Assembly (NCBI RefSeq): GCF_009914755.1
Contig: NC_060925.1
DNA from: the human T2T-CHM13v2.0 reference genome, Homo sapiens
Direction: 5' to 3' (one strand)
DNA: 64,000 bases
Below the pieces are notes generated by a model. The model was not told the origin of the DNA. It did not search any database and was given only the letters and a program-made list of their open reading frames with translations. Positions 29,777-46,593 of this stretch are shown one piece after another. Every line of letters begins with the position of its first letter. Within the stretch, counting starts at the first letter, position 1. The translations under genes and the position numbers were made by a program.

Positions 29777-31346
29777 TGAACACCTGACCTCAGGTGATCC
29801 ACCTGCCTTGGCCTCCCAAAGTGCTGGGGTTACAGGCGTGAGCCACCGCGCCCGGCCTGTGATAAGCTATTTTTAAACATCTTTAAGAAAAGACATTAAA
29901 TACCTTTTTGCTGACTGAAAGATCATGTTGTTTTATTTTCCATGTACCTAGTATTGTTTGTGTCTAAAACAGGAACACCTAGAAGAACACATAAATCTGG
30001 GTGGGCACAGTGGCTCATGCCTGTAATCCCAAGGCTTTGAGAAGCTGAGGCAGGAGGATTGATTGAGTCCAGGAGTCCAAGACTAGCCTGGACAATACGG
30101 TGAAACCCTATTTCTACAAAAAAAATTTTTTTTTTTTGAGTTTGAGTTTTGCTCTTGTTGCCCAGGCTGGAGTGCAATGAATGACACAATCTCGGCTTAC
30201 CGCGACCTCCGCCTCCTGGGTTCAAGCGATTCTCCTGCCTCAGCCTCCTGAGTAGCTAGGATTACAGGCATGCGCCACCATGCCCAGCTAATTTTGTATT
30301 TTTAGTAGAGACGGGGTTTCTCCATGTTGGTCAGGCTGGTCTTGAACTCCTGACCCCAGGTGATCTGCCCACCTTGGCCTCCCAAAGTGCTAGGATTACA
30401 GGCGTGAGCAACTGTGTCCAGCCAGGAACATGGTATTTATTTAAAAAAAAAAAAAAAAAAAGAATTTAAAGAAATCTTATGTAAGGCTGGATGCAGTGGC
30501 TTCCGTCTATAATCCCAACACTTTGTGAGGCCAAGACAGGCGGATTGCTTGAGCTCAGGAGTTTAAGACCAGCCTTGGCAACATGGCAAAACCCCATCTC
30601 TACACAAAATACAAAAAATTAGCTGGGCATGGTGGCACACGCCTGTAGTCCCAAGTACTTGGTGGGGCTGAGGCGGGATCCATCACTTGAGTCCAAGAGG
30701 TCTAGGCTACAGTGAGCCAAGATCGCGCCACTGCACTCCAGCCTGGGTGACAAAGTGAGACCCTGTCTCAAAAAAAAAAAAAAAAAGATTTATTTTGGCA
30801 AAGGTAAAATATGCTTGCTGTATTGATAATGGACTGGGTACAATGGCTCATGCCTGTATCCCAACACTGTGGGAGGCCGAGACAGGAGGATCATTTGAGG
30901 TCAGGAGTTTGTGACCAGCCTGGGCAACACTGCAAGACCCCATCTTTACAAAAAAAGACAAAAATTAGCCAAGTGTGGTGGTGGTATGCACCTGTAGCCT
31001 CAAATACTCAGAAGGCTAAGGCAGGAGATCACTTGAGCCCAGAAGTCGAGGTTGCAGTGAGCAAAGATCATACCACTGCACTCCAGACTGGGCAACATGG
31101 TAAGACCTCATCTCAAAATAAAAAAAAAAGTATTAATAAATAAATATGCTTCTTGTTTTCACTGTAGAAAACTTTCATTTTGAATAGTATTTCATTCCAA
31201 GAGAGCATATCACCTCTTTAATATTTACATAAGAGTTTTAAAACACAAGGAAGACACTTTACAATGGCTTCATGTCTGCTAGTTCCAGCCTACTGTCCTG
31301 ACTCACTTCGAGAATCAGAACCTCTCTGCCCTTTCCCAGGCCTTAC

Positions 31347-31438
31347 CTCAGATGCCTTCAGGTTAATGTACTTGAGGTAACAGTCATGGAGATCGAGATA
31401 ACGACCATATCCCTCCTCATCTGTGAACTCCACCAAGT
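31347..31438 (-). CDS. SF3A3: SF3A3 exon 6: LVEFTDEEGYGRYLDLHDCYLKYINLKASE
   Basis: CTCAG acceptor, GTAAGG donor; 92 nt; visible in ORF 31290..31544. Confidence 0.96.
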
Positions 31439-31839
31439 CTGAGGGAATCAGATACATCAATGATTCAGTTTCTACAGACCACTCTCTTGGACTTACCTTT
31501 TCAAATGGACTGTGTGTTCCTAGTTTCCTGAGGCAGCACTTCACCCAAATGTCTTCCCTTTGCTCACAATATAACCTCCAATAAGTTAAGTGAGATCAAA
31601 AGTGAGTTTTCTCTTACAAGGTAACAAGGACTGACTCATTTTAGTATTGTGAACTAAAGTGAACAATCCTTGGCTTTCCAAGCCAGTAAATTTGAGGTAG
31701 GAGAGAACAAAATGAACATTTTGCCCAAGACCAACTTAGGATGTCACTCTAGCCCAGAAACCAGCAAAGACAAAACCAGCAAGAAATCCTGGCTATAAAT
31801 ATCTCTGAGGCCATGGCTGCAAATCTGAGCTGTCATTAA

Positions 31840-34690
<2,851 letters not shown>

Positions 34691-34755
34691 TTTATACCTT
34701 TCCTTTAGTATGCTTTAAGGATAGGTCTGGAGAAAATACTTTTCTGAGGACATAC

Positions 34756-34861
34756 CTCATTTGGGTGCTTCCGGTGGAATTCCTTTATTTGCTTGAGTCT
34801 ATTATAGAATTCAGCAAACTCATTGGGTCCTGAAATGGCATTGAGCTCCTCCTTTCGTAAT
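34756..34861 (-). CDS. SF3A3: SF3A3 exon 4: LRKEELNAISGPNEFAEFYNRLKQIKEFHRKHPNE
   Basis: TGCAG acceptor, GTATGT donor; 106 nt; phase restored with exon 3. Confidence 0.96.
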
Positions 34862-34966
34862 CTGCAATTTCAGGAAAATTTCAAAGAAGATAGAGCACAA
34901 AGTCAGTCCTCTAACCATGGCTCCTCAGAAGCACTAACTCCTGGATTAGCTGTGACTGTCACTTAC

Positions 34967-35019
34967 CCATCCTTATCATCATACAAATCCCTCAGGTTCC
35001 CACTGACCTCCATATACCT
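34967..35019 (-). CDS. SF3A3: SF3A3 exon 3: RYMEVSGNLRDLYDDKD(G)
   Basis: TTTCAG acceptor, GTAAGT donor; 53 nt. Confidence 0.96.
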
Positions 35020-35486
35020 CTGAAAGGCAAATACAAAACCATCAGAATGATGCAATTTGCACAACTGTAGAGCTAAGCAAACAACACGGGTTCTCCAGTC
35101 AAAGCCCAGGGCAACCTCAAGAGACATGGATATGAGATAGTCTTAACAGTTCTGTGCTTCCTAGTACCTTTAACAGCCCTGATTCCTGGTTAGTTTTTTA
35201 ATAGCCCTTTAACAGCCTTGATTCCTGTTTAGTTTTTTAAGCAGGTCGATTGGAAGATTACCTAAATGATACATTTAAGGGGTGGCTCCTATCTTTACAT
35301 ACCACCGATGCCTAACTTCCCCTGTAACAGACTCACCCTCTTTGGCCAAACACTAGTTCCCACCTAACATCCTCAAAGATAAAGATGATATTCACTATTT
35401 CAAAACGCTTGACTGAGGAGTAGGCAGGCTAAATAAACATTACATAGGCTTCCTTTGTAGTCAAAGTATACTAATTCAGGATGGTA

Positions 35487-35800
35487 CAGGTACATAGTCC
35501 CTCCTCCAAAACTTTTGGGACCAGATTTGTTTCAGAATTTGGAATGTTTAAGTTCAAAAGAGGTATCATATATTATGTAACATCCCTAGTGGAATCTGGA
35601 GCACACAGTTCTGCAGTAAACCTCATACCTTATTTACCAAGTGGGATAAATTAAAGACCATAAAAAGCCTATCACAGGTTCGGGCCAGGTTTTACTGTCA
35701 AGTGAGATCAGGTCAGATTTTGACACCAAATAATCACCCAAGGGGAAAAAAAGAAAATCCTTGGTTTTCAGAGTATTTTGGGGCTGAGGGCTTGTAATCT
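35487..35800. mobile_element. TcMar-Tigger-derived MITE remnant
   Basis: TA-CAGGT...CCAAAACTTTTGGGACCAGA start is typical of Tigger/MER46-like elements. Confidence 0.5.
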
Positions 35801-36040
35801 GATAATCTCCTGCAAATCAGAAGGTCCAAGTAGGTCTTTTATTCCTTTTTAAACAGGTTTCAAACATACACAAGAGTAAGGAACGTAGTAAAATGAACCT
35901 CCATTTATTCATCACCCAGTTTAAATAGCATCTTGTTTTTCTTTTAATAAACTGAACTATTACCAGACAAATGCAGTTTAGTAGTCCAAAACGCTTTAAA
36001 GTAGTATCCTGGGAGAAAAACACTAACATACGGGGTGTGT

Positions 36041-36080
<40 letters not shown>
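36041..36080 (+). repeat. (TG)13(TA)7 microsatellite in SF3A3 intron 2
   Basis: Read directly. Confidence 0.95.
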
Positions 36081-36081
<1 letters not shown>

Positions 36082-36255
36082 TTTTTTTCATTTAAGGGAA
36101 GGATTGTAGCTATGCACCTGAGTCATGGACTCTTCATAACTATTGTTTGCACATCCAAGGGATACAGGATGCTGTAAGAATGGGCACGTGTAAGCCGGCC
36201 GCGGTGGCTCAAGCCTGTAATCTCAGCACTTTGGGAGGCCGAGGTAGGTGGATCA

Positions 36256-36547
<292 letters not shown>

Positions 36548-36730
36548 TCAGAGAACTGAGGAAGCACCCTCACGTTCGGCAGCCTGTGGACATCTGTCCA
36601 GGCAGAGAGCCCGCGACTGGCCAATCCGGTTACCTTTGGCCAGGGACTCATGCTGAGACACCGCACTTCACTTCCCCTCTCTTTTCCCGCCCTCGCCAAC
36701 CCAAAGAGAGGCAGACAGCTGGGCACTCAC

Positions 36731-36778
36731 ATCTTGCATGGCCCGAGTGCGGTGATCAGAATTGATCTGGTCCCGGAG
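36731..36778 (-). CDS. SF3A3: SF3A3 exon 2: LRDQINSDHRTRAMQD
   Basis: AG/GTGAGT boundaries; 48 nt; frame continuous. Confidence 0.96.
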
Positions 36779-37052
36779 CTGAAAAAACAAACGGTGACAC
36801 AAACGCCGTTAGTTTGCGTTCTGGAGTAGAAAAGGCCGCCCGAGGGCGGAGCTTACCCGCTCAGCTTTTACCAGCTGAGGCAGAAAGGCCTCTGGGGCTT
36901 CGGACCCCGGGAGGAGGTTACCAAGACCGGAGCTCGGAGAGGGAGCCCGGAGGAAGGCAGGGAGGTTCTGAGGGCCAAAGCAAGCTCTCAGAGGTCAAAC
37001 ACGGGATAGAGGCTCGTGCTCCTGCCGCAGCCTCTGCTCAGGCCCCACTCAC

Positions 37053-37148
37053 CGTGGACTTCTTGGTGAGCATCTCTTTAGCCATGACGTCCATGAGCCG
37101 TTCCTTCTCCTCATGATAGCGCCGCTGCTGCTCCAGTATTGTCTCCAT
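37053..37148 (-). CDS. SF3A3: SF3A3 (SF3a60/PRP9 homolog) coding exon 1: METILEQQRRYHEEKERLMDVMAKEMLTKKST
   Basis: ATG at 37148 in strong context (AAGATGG); 96 nt; GTGAGT donor at 37052-37047; matches SF3A3 N-terminus. Confidence 0.97.
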
Positions 37149-37657
37149 CTTCCCTTAGTCGCGGCTTCTCAATTCAGACCACCAACACGGCCGGAAGCAA
37201 CTCCTGCCGCCCAGCGCGCCTGAGTCCCCACGTTGCGCATCAGGCTGCACCAAAGTTCCGCGAGTGCCGGAAGTGCCCCGGGACTTAAGAAAACAGGAGC
37301 ACCACAAGGAAGGCCAGTCCATGTTATGGAGATGGCAACAGTGCCACCTGCTGGTGGGAGGTGTGGTGGAGCGATGCCGAGAGGTTCGCAGATGCCTCCA
37401 GGGGGCATAGGAAAACCCAAGAACCTGAGGTTCAGCGGACGGCTTCCTGCGGCTTGCTGGGGCCGGCTTGGCGGGCAGGTATCCTGTGTGGACTGCGCGA
37501 GCAGTTGGAGTGCGGATGGGAGTTGGGAAACCGGAACTTGAGGACGCAGCTTTCAGCATAAATTATGAGAACGTTTTCTCTTTCTCTGGACCTCAGCGTC
37601 TTTCTCAGGAAAATGGAAATAGTGGGGTTTTGCTGGTGGTGTTTTTAAAAAAATTCA

Positions 37658-38044
<387 letters not shown>

Positions 38045-38070
38045 TCAGGAGATTGAGACCATCCTGTCTA

Positions 38071-38352
<282 letters not shown>

Positions 38353-38624
38353 CTATATATCTCCACTTGTAGGTAGAGAAATGCAAACATGTCCATGTGT
38401 TCATATGTTCACAGCGGCATTATTCATAATAGACAAAAACTGGATGCAGCCCAAGAGTCCATTAACTGGCAAATGGATAAAGTGTGGTATATCTATACAG
38501 TACAATGGAACATTATTCTGCAATAAATGAATACTACAATGATGAACCATGAAAGCATCATGCTAAGTGAAAGAAGCTAGACAGAAAAACAACAGTGTAT
38601 GTCCAGATAAAACGTCCAGAACGG

Positions 38625-38940
38625 TGTTAAAAGAAAAACACTGGTGCTTGCTATGGCAGCACATATACTAAAATTGGAACCATACAGAGAAGATTAGCAT
38701 GGCCCCTGCAAAAAGAAAAAAAAAAAAAAACACCGGTTATTACAGCTTGGTCTTTGCCTTATTTGAACACGGTTTGCATAGTTTGCCATGTTTGATTGGC
38801 CAAAACTCGGTGATTGGCAAAGAGTAGGCTATGGTCTGTTTACAACTCCATTTAGGTTATAGTTCACAATGTACAGAGAAACCTTTAGGCTAAATTTAAA
38901 ATATGTAAGGAGGCAGCTTTAGGCTACAATTGAGTTAACA
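38625..38940 (-). mobile_element. MER57-like ERV1 solo LTR remnant interrupted by the U6 copy
   Basis: TGTTAA...TTAACA termini; reverse strand reads TAGCCTAAAGCTGCCTCCTTACATATTTTAA, as I recall for MER57. Confidence 0.7.
38644..38730 (+). pseudogene. Processed U6 snRNA pseudogene (U6 nt 1-66, 3'-truncated, A-tail)
   Basis: GTGCTTGCTATGGCAGCACATATACTAAAATTGGAACCATACAGAGAAGATTAGCATGGCCCCTGC then poly(A); flanking repeat AAAAACACTGG / AAAAACACCGG. Confidence 0.93.
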
Positions 38941-39513
38941 AAGGCAAATCTATGGAGGCAGAAATATGAGTGGTTGCTTGTGACCGCAGGTGAGATTGGA
39001 AGTGATTACAAATGCGCACAAGGAATCCATTTTGGATGGGTAGAAATGTTCTAAAATTGGATTGTGGTGATAGTTGCATAACTCTATTCATTTTATTAAA
39101 ATTAATTGCTTTGTACTGTTAAAAATGGGTGAATTTTATGGTATATAAATTACACTTCAATAAAACTGTTAAAAACTCTGTATGAACTCATATGGAGAGA
39201 TGGCCACACAAACTGAAAAAAGCTAGATGCACAAGTGTGTATAAAAATAGATGTGCAAAGAGATTATTTCTGTAAGGATATCCAAGTAACAGTAAACAGT
39301 GGTTGTTCCTGAGCAGACAGCCTTGGAGATCTGATATGGGAGATTTTTCTTTGTATATACCCCAAGCACAGCATAAAAAGTTATTCTTAAACATACTTTT
39401 TCAATTTAAAAATTAATTTAAAACTGAAAATACATATGTGCACATTTATGTTTAACAAAAAAGAACGAGGAGGACATAATGCATCACATTATTAGTAATT
39501 TACCTATTGTTCA

Positions 39514-42640
<3,127 letters not shown>

Positions 42641-42795
42641 GCCGGGAGCTGAGAACGAGAGCGGGGAGCAAGGCAGGCAGGATCTCAGTCCTTAGGCTGG
42701 TGGGAGAGAGAAACAAATAAAACCGTAAGCATATGTGGTAATTATTAATTATAAACACACGTGGTAGGCATTCGTAAAAGTTTGTTGAAAATGTC

Positions 42796-42928
42796 GGGGA
42801 GGGAACTTAAGAGGGCGGGTCAATAGTTGCAGCAAACCACCGTGCACACGTATACCTATGTAACAAACCTACACGTTCTGCACACGTATCTTGAAACTTA
42901 AAGTAAAATAAAAAAAAAAAAAAAAAAA
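42796..42928 (+). mobile_element. Extremely 5'-truncated older L1PA 3' end (~110 nt plus A-tail)
   Basis: GCAGCAAACCACC...CTATGTAACAAACC...AACTTAAAGTAAAAT; TSD GAAAATGTC at 42787-42795 and 42929-42937. Confidence 0.85.
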
Positions 42929-43019
42929 GAAAATGTCAACCATGGCTTCAGAAAGCGGTTAGAGTCCAGGATCTACCAGTGACTACCTATGTGACTTGGG
43001 GCAGCTGACTGCAGGCGTC

Positions 43020-43800
43020 TCCACCTCTGTGTAATGGAAGTAATAATGCCCGCCCACAGGACGGGAGGAATTAATATGAGATACATACAATCTGGCGGTT
43101 TCCGCCGGGCCGGAGGGGCTCTCCCACTCCAGGGCGCCGAGGGTCCGCCTGCCCAGGGCCGGGCCTCGCTGCAGGCAGCTGTGGGCGCCACTGTGTGCGC
43201 ATACCTGCCCCGACAGCCGGACGGTCGGCCGAGCCCAGACCGCGGCAGCCAGGGTCAGGGACAAGGGACGTCGGACGCCGGGCGGGCGAGGGGAGCGTCG
43301 CCCCGCCCATCTCCCCACTTTGGGGGACAGCCCCCCTCGCTCATTCCCGCCTCCACCCTTGACTTGAATCACTGTTGGCGGGGGACGGGGCGTGACCCAT
43401 TCATGCCGGGAATCGGATCCAGATGTTCCCGCGGCGTGTGCAGCTGCATCCTTGCCTTTTTTGGCAAAAAACGTGCGGCCGCGAGAGGATCCTGGGCCGC
43501 CCTTGCTAATCCTTGGGAAGAGGGGGAAGGGGGCTGAGAGGGTCTGGGCCCAGACTGGGGATCGGAACCAGGTCCTTGCTCTGCGGGCTTTGGGCAGGGC
43601 TGTTGGCGGAGGAGACTATTCGTACCAGCCAATTAAGGAACCCCACCGCCACCCTGGCTTTCATCTGGAACCTCCCCCAAACCCCTCCCTTCCCTACATG
43701 AGGGAAAAAGCCCTCTGCCAGCAGGGAGGCAGGACGAGCTCCAGAGGGAGGGTAGCTGTGGCGGGGATCCCCTTCATGGGGAGAGACTTCCCACCCCATG
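43020..43800. promoter_or_regulatory. CpG island just downstream of the FHL3 3' end
   Basis: Dense CpGs and high GC with no coding exon. Confidence 0.75.
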
Positions 43801-43897
43801 GCCCGGCCCCCCTCCACCCCACCCTGCAAGGATGAGGTCTAGCAGAGATTCTGAGCCTCCCAGTCTGCAAAAACCCTTCCTTCCCCATTATACCCTG

Positions 43898-43898
<1 letters not shown>

Positions 43899-43938
<40 letters not shown>
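43899..43938 (+). repeat. (AC)20 microsatellite
   Basis: Read directly. Confidence 0.97.
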
Positions 43939-43941
<3 letters not shown>

Positions 43942-43963
43942 GGCCCCTGCTTCCTCACACCGC

Positions 43964-43969
43964 TTTATT
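43964..43969 (-). terminator. FHL3: FHL3 polyA signal AATAAA
   Basis: TTTATT on + strand about 620 nt past the stop; followed by a UG-rich tract on the transcript. Confidence 0.85.
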
Positions 43970-44585
43970 GCAGAATCTGGAAGGGGGATGAGCCAATCTC
44001 ACCCCTCTGCCCATCTATGGGCAAAATGGAGCTGAAATAAAATGAGAAGACACTCGGTGGCGACCTGCTGGGCAGCACCCTGTACCCTAGGGCCCCTTAT
44101 CAGTGGGCTCCTGATCTGCTGCCCCCACAGCCTCAACCGCGGGGATGGGGTGGGGCAGGTCAAGCCTGAGAACAGTCCACTTTCAAGGACTTCCCAGGCA
44201 CCCATAGGAGACCTGAAACCTATAAAGAGAAGTCTAGATTTAAGGGGGCCTAAGTCCCAGAGTCCAGGTTTGGAGGGCTCGGGTCTAGAGCCCTGATTTG
44301 GGGAGAGGACTCAGTCTGGGAACCCAGACTGCAGGGGAGAGGGTGAATTCTGGAGTCCAGGTGTGGGGAGGGGGCTTGACTCATGGAGGCTCTGTAAGAG
44401 CCCAGGATTGGGGGCCTGGGTCAGGGAGTACCAGTTTGGGGATGCTGGAGTGGGGAGACAATCCTGGAGCCCAGAAGGAGACCCATTTTTTTTGGCGGGG
44501 GGAGCTGAGTCCCAGAGGTGGTTTAGAAAAGGAGCCACAGTCCTGGGCCCGTGGTATGGGAAAGCCTGGGTCCAGGAGCCCTGGC

Positions 44586-44740
44586 TTAGGGCCCTGCCTG
44601 GCTACAGCCCTGGCAGAGCACTTGGTCTCCATCCGGTACGAAGCCCTGGCCCACCAGGGAGGTAGAGCAGCGGGCGCAGGAGAAGCAGTTGTGGTGCCAG
44701 TGTCGGTCTTCAAAGGACACATACTTGCCTCCACCGAGTC
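44586..44740 (-). CDS. FHL3: FHL3 exon 6 coding part: LGGGKYVSFEDRHWHHNCFSC...CQGCSQAGP*
   Basis: TCCAG acceptor; TAA stop 44588-44586; total 280 aa four-and-a-half LIM protein. Confidence 0.97.
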
Positions 44741-44864
44741 CTGGAGGGAGGCTGGAAGTTAGCTATGCAGATGTGGGGATGGTCCGGCCCTCAACCTCAC
44801 CCAATACCACATCCCACTCCCTTGCCTGCACCCTACCCACTCCGTTCTTTGACCCTTGTCCCAC

Positions 44865-45051
44865 CTACGATGGGGCGCTTGCAGCTGCTGCACTTAGGTG
44901 CAAAGAGTTCTCCAAAACAGGCCACACAGTAGGGATCTTCATCCCGGGAGGTGAACTGCTGCCCTGCCAGGGGCGTCTGGCATCCGGTACAGACCAGACA
45001 TTCTCGATGCCATGGCTGATCACGGTATGTCACTCCACCCTGTGTCAGCGT
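44865..45051 (-). CDS. FHL3: FHL3 exon 5: TLTQGGVTYRDQPWHRECLVC...CSSCKRPIV(G)
   Basis: CACAG acceptor, GTGGGA donor; 187 nt. Confidence 0.97.
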
Positions 45052-45143
45052 CTGTGGGGGCAGCATCCATTAGTAGGTATGAGTGGGGATTCCCACCCCA
45101 CAACAGGCCTCACTCACCCCCACCTGGCTGGCCCAGCCCCCAC

Positions 45144-45313
45144 CTTGCTGCAGCGGGCGCAGCGAGGAGCAAACTTGTTCTCATAGCAGGGCACGCAGTA
45201 GTGAGCACCCTTGTCGGGCACAAAAGAACGGGAGCCCAGTGGCTGTTCACAGCCACTGCACAGGAAGCAGTGCTCATGCCATGTCTGGCCTCCATATTCC
45301 AGCTTCCGGGACC
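45144..45313 (-). CDS. FHL3: FHL3 exon 4: SRKLEYGGQTWHEHCFLC...CARCSK
   Basis: CACAG acceptor, GTGGGG donor; 170 nt. Confidence 0.97.
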
Positions 45314-46154
45314 CTGTGGGGAACAGGGGTCCCATTTAGAGGTTGTGTCCCATGCTCCTGAGGGCCACCCTCTGTAACTTCCCCAGGAGTCTCCACTCCT
45401 CTCTCAGCGTGAGCAGGGTGGTGTCCGTGCACATGCAGCAAGAACCCCCCCGCCCTATGTATATTACACATGCTAACCTCTCCCCAGACACCGGACATGA
45501 TGACCCAGCTAGACACGAGGGTTTTGGCCTATGTTAAGCCCCCATATGTCCCAGAGATGACAATTTCAGCACACATCAAGCCTCCATGTAACAGTCATGA
45601 AGTCTCACTAAGAGCTAAGCCCTCATATAACAGATGTGATGATTTTAGCACTCACATGGGACCCCACATGTACCAGGCAAGTAAGTATCTGCCCACACAA
45701 AGTTCTAATGCCCTGGGCATGACAGGTTCGGTACATGCTAAGCCCTCGCATCTCCTCGGCACACCATTCTCCATAGGTGCTGAGTCCCAGCATTTCTATT
45801 AGGCATGCAGGTCCCCACACATGTTAAGCCCTCTGTTTATCTGCTTCTGCATACATTAAGACCCAATGCAACAAGCATGACAGTCTCAGCACACCTCTAG
45901 TTCCTACCTGTACTAAACATGCAGATATTCACACATGCTAAGCCCCCAAGTATGTATCACATGTGTCAATCTGCCTGTACATAGTAGCCCCCAGGAGTAT
46001 ACCAGGCAAACAGATCCCGTATATACTAAATTTCCAGAAACATGCTGTGTATGCAGGTCTTTACACAGACCAAGTCTCCATGTATCAGACAGACACATGC
46101 AAAGACCCTACGCAGATGCCAGTTCTCACACAAGATGAGCCCCTGAAGACATAC

Positions 46155-46329
46155 CAGGCATGACAGTCTCCCCACAAGCGGAGCACTGCGAGGAAAACGC
46201 ACTGCAGTAGCAGTCATTGCAGAGCAGCTCACTGTCCTGGCAGGTGAAGGGTTCATCGGCTAGTGAGCGCTGGCAGCGGCAGCAGCGGAAGCAGCCCTCG
46301 TGGAAATGGCGGTCTTCATAGAACAGCTC
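46155..46329 (-). CDS. FHL3: FHL3 exon 3: ELFYEDRHFHEGCFRCCRC...CSACGETVMP(G)
   Basis: CACAG acceptor, GTATGT donor; 175 nt; LIM Cys/His pattern. Confidence 0.97.
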
Positions 46330-46437
46330 CTGTGGGGAACACAGCAGGGGCACTGGCACCCAGGCCTCATGGACCCATCCTTTGCCCCCTTCCACTGGTC
46401 ACCACCCACCTCCTGCCTGGCCTGGCCCTCTCCTTAC

Positions 46438-46593
46438 CCTCGAGTCATGCCCGATAAGCTGCTGGCACTCAGCACAGGTGTTGGCAAAGGTATTGTCATA
46501 GCAGGGCACACAGTAGGGGCCGCTGTCTGTCTGGATGTACTTGCGTCCATACAGGGACTCGTTGCATTTTGCACAGTCAAATGACTCGCTCAT
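46438..46593 (-). CDS. FHL3: FHL3 exon 2 coding part (half-LIM and start of LIM1): MSESFDCAKCNESLYGRKYIQTDSGPYCVPCYDNTFANTCAECQQLIGHDSR
   Basis: GCCACCATG Kozak; exon acceptor at 46614-46615; GTAAGG donor; 156 nt. Confidence 0.97.

Larger units (their letters stand above)
36560..37560 (-). promoter_or_regulatory. SF3A3: SF3A3 CpG-rich promoter/first exons, with ETS/GABPA motifs (CCGGAAG at ~37191 and ~37267) and two CTCF-like motifs
   Basis: High CpG density around exons 1-2; no obvious TATA box; motifs read directly. Confidence 0.85.
38360..39180 (+). mobile_element. Old L1M (L1MC/L1ME-type) 3' UTR fragment split by the LTR
   Basis: ATGTTCACAGCGGCATTATTCATAATAG, ATGCTAAGTGAAAGAAGC, GTTCTAAAATTGGATTGTGGTGATAGTTGCA and TTCAATAAAACTG motifs. 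Confidence 0.75.

Noticed and set aside
38644-38709. Functional U6 gene
   Set aside because: Lacks the 3' 40 nt, has substitutions, an A-tail and a TSD, and no PSE/TATA is evident upstream.
42973-43835. ORFs of 100-167 aa over the orphan CpG island
   Set aside because: Same GC artefact; overlapping in several frames with no recognisable protein.
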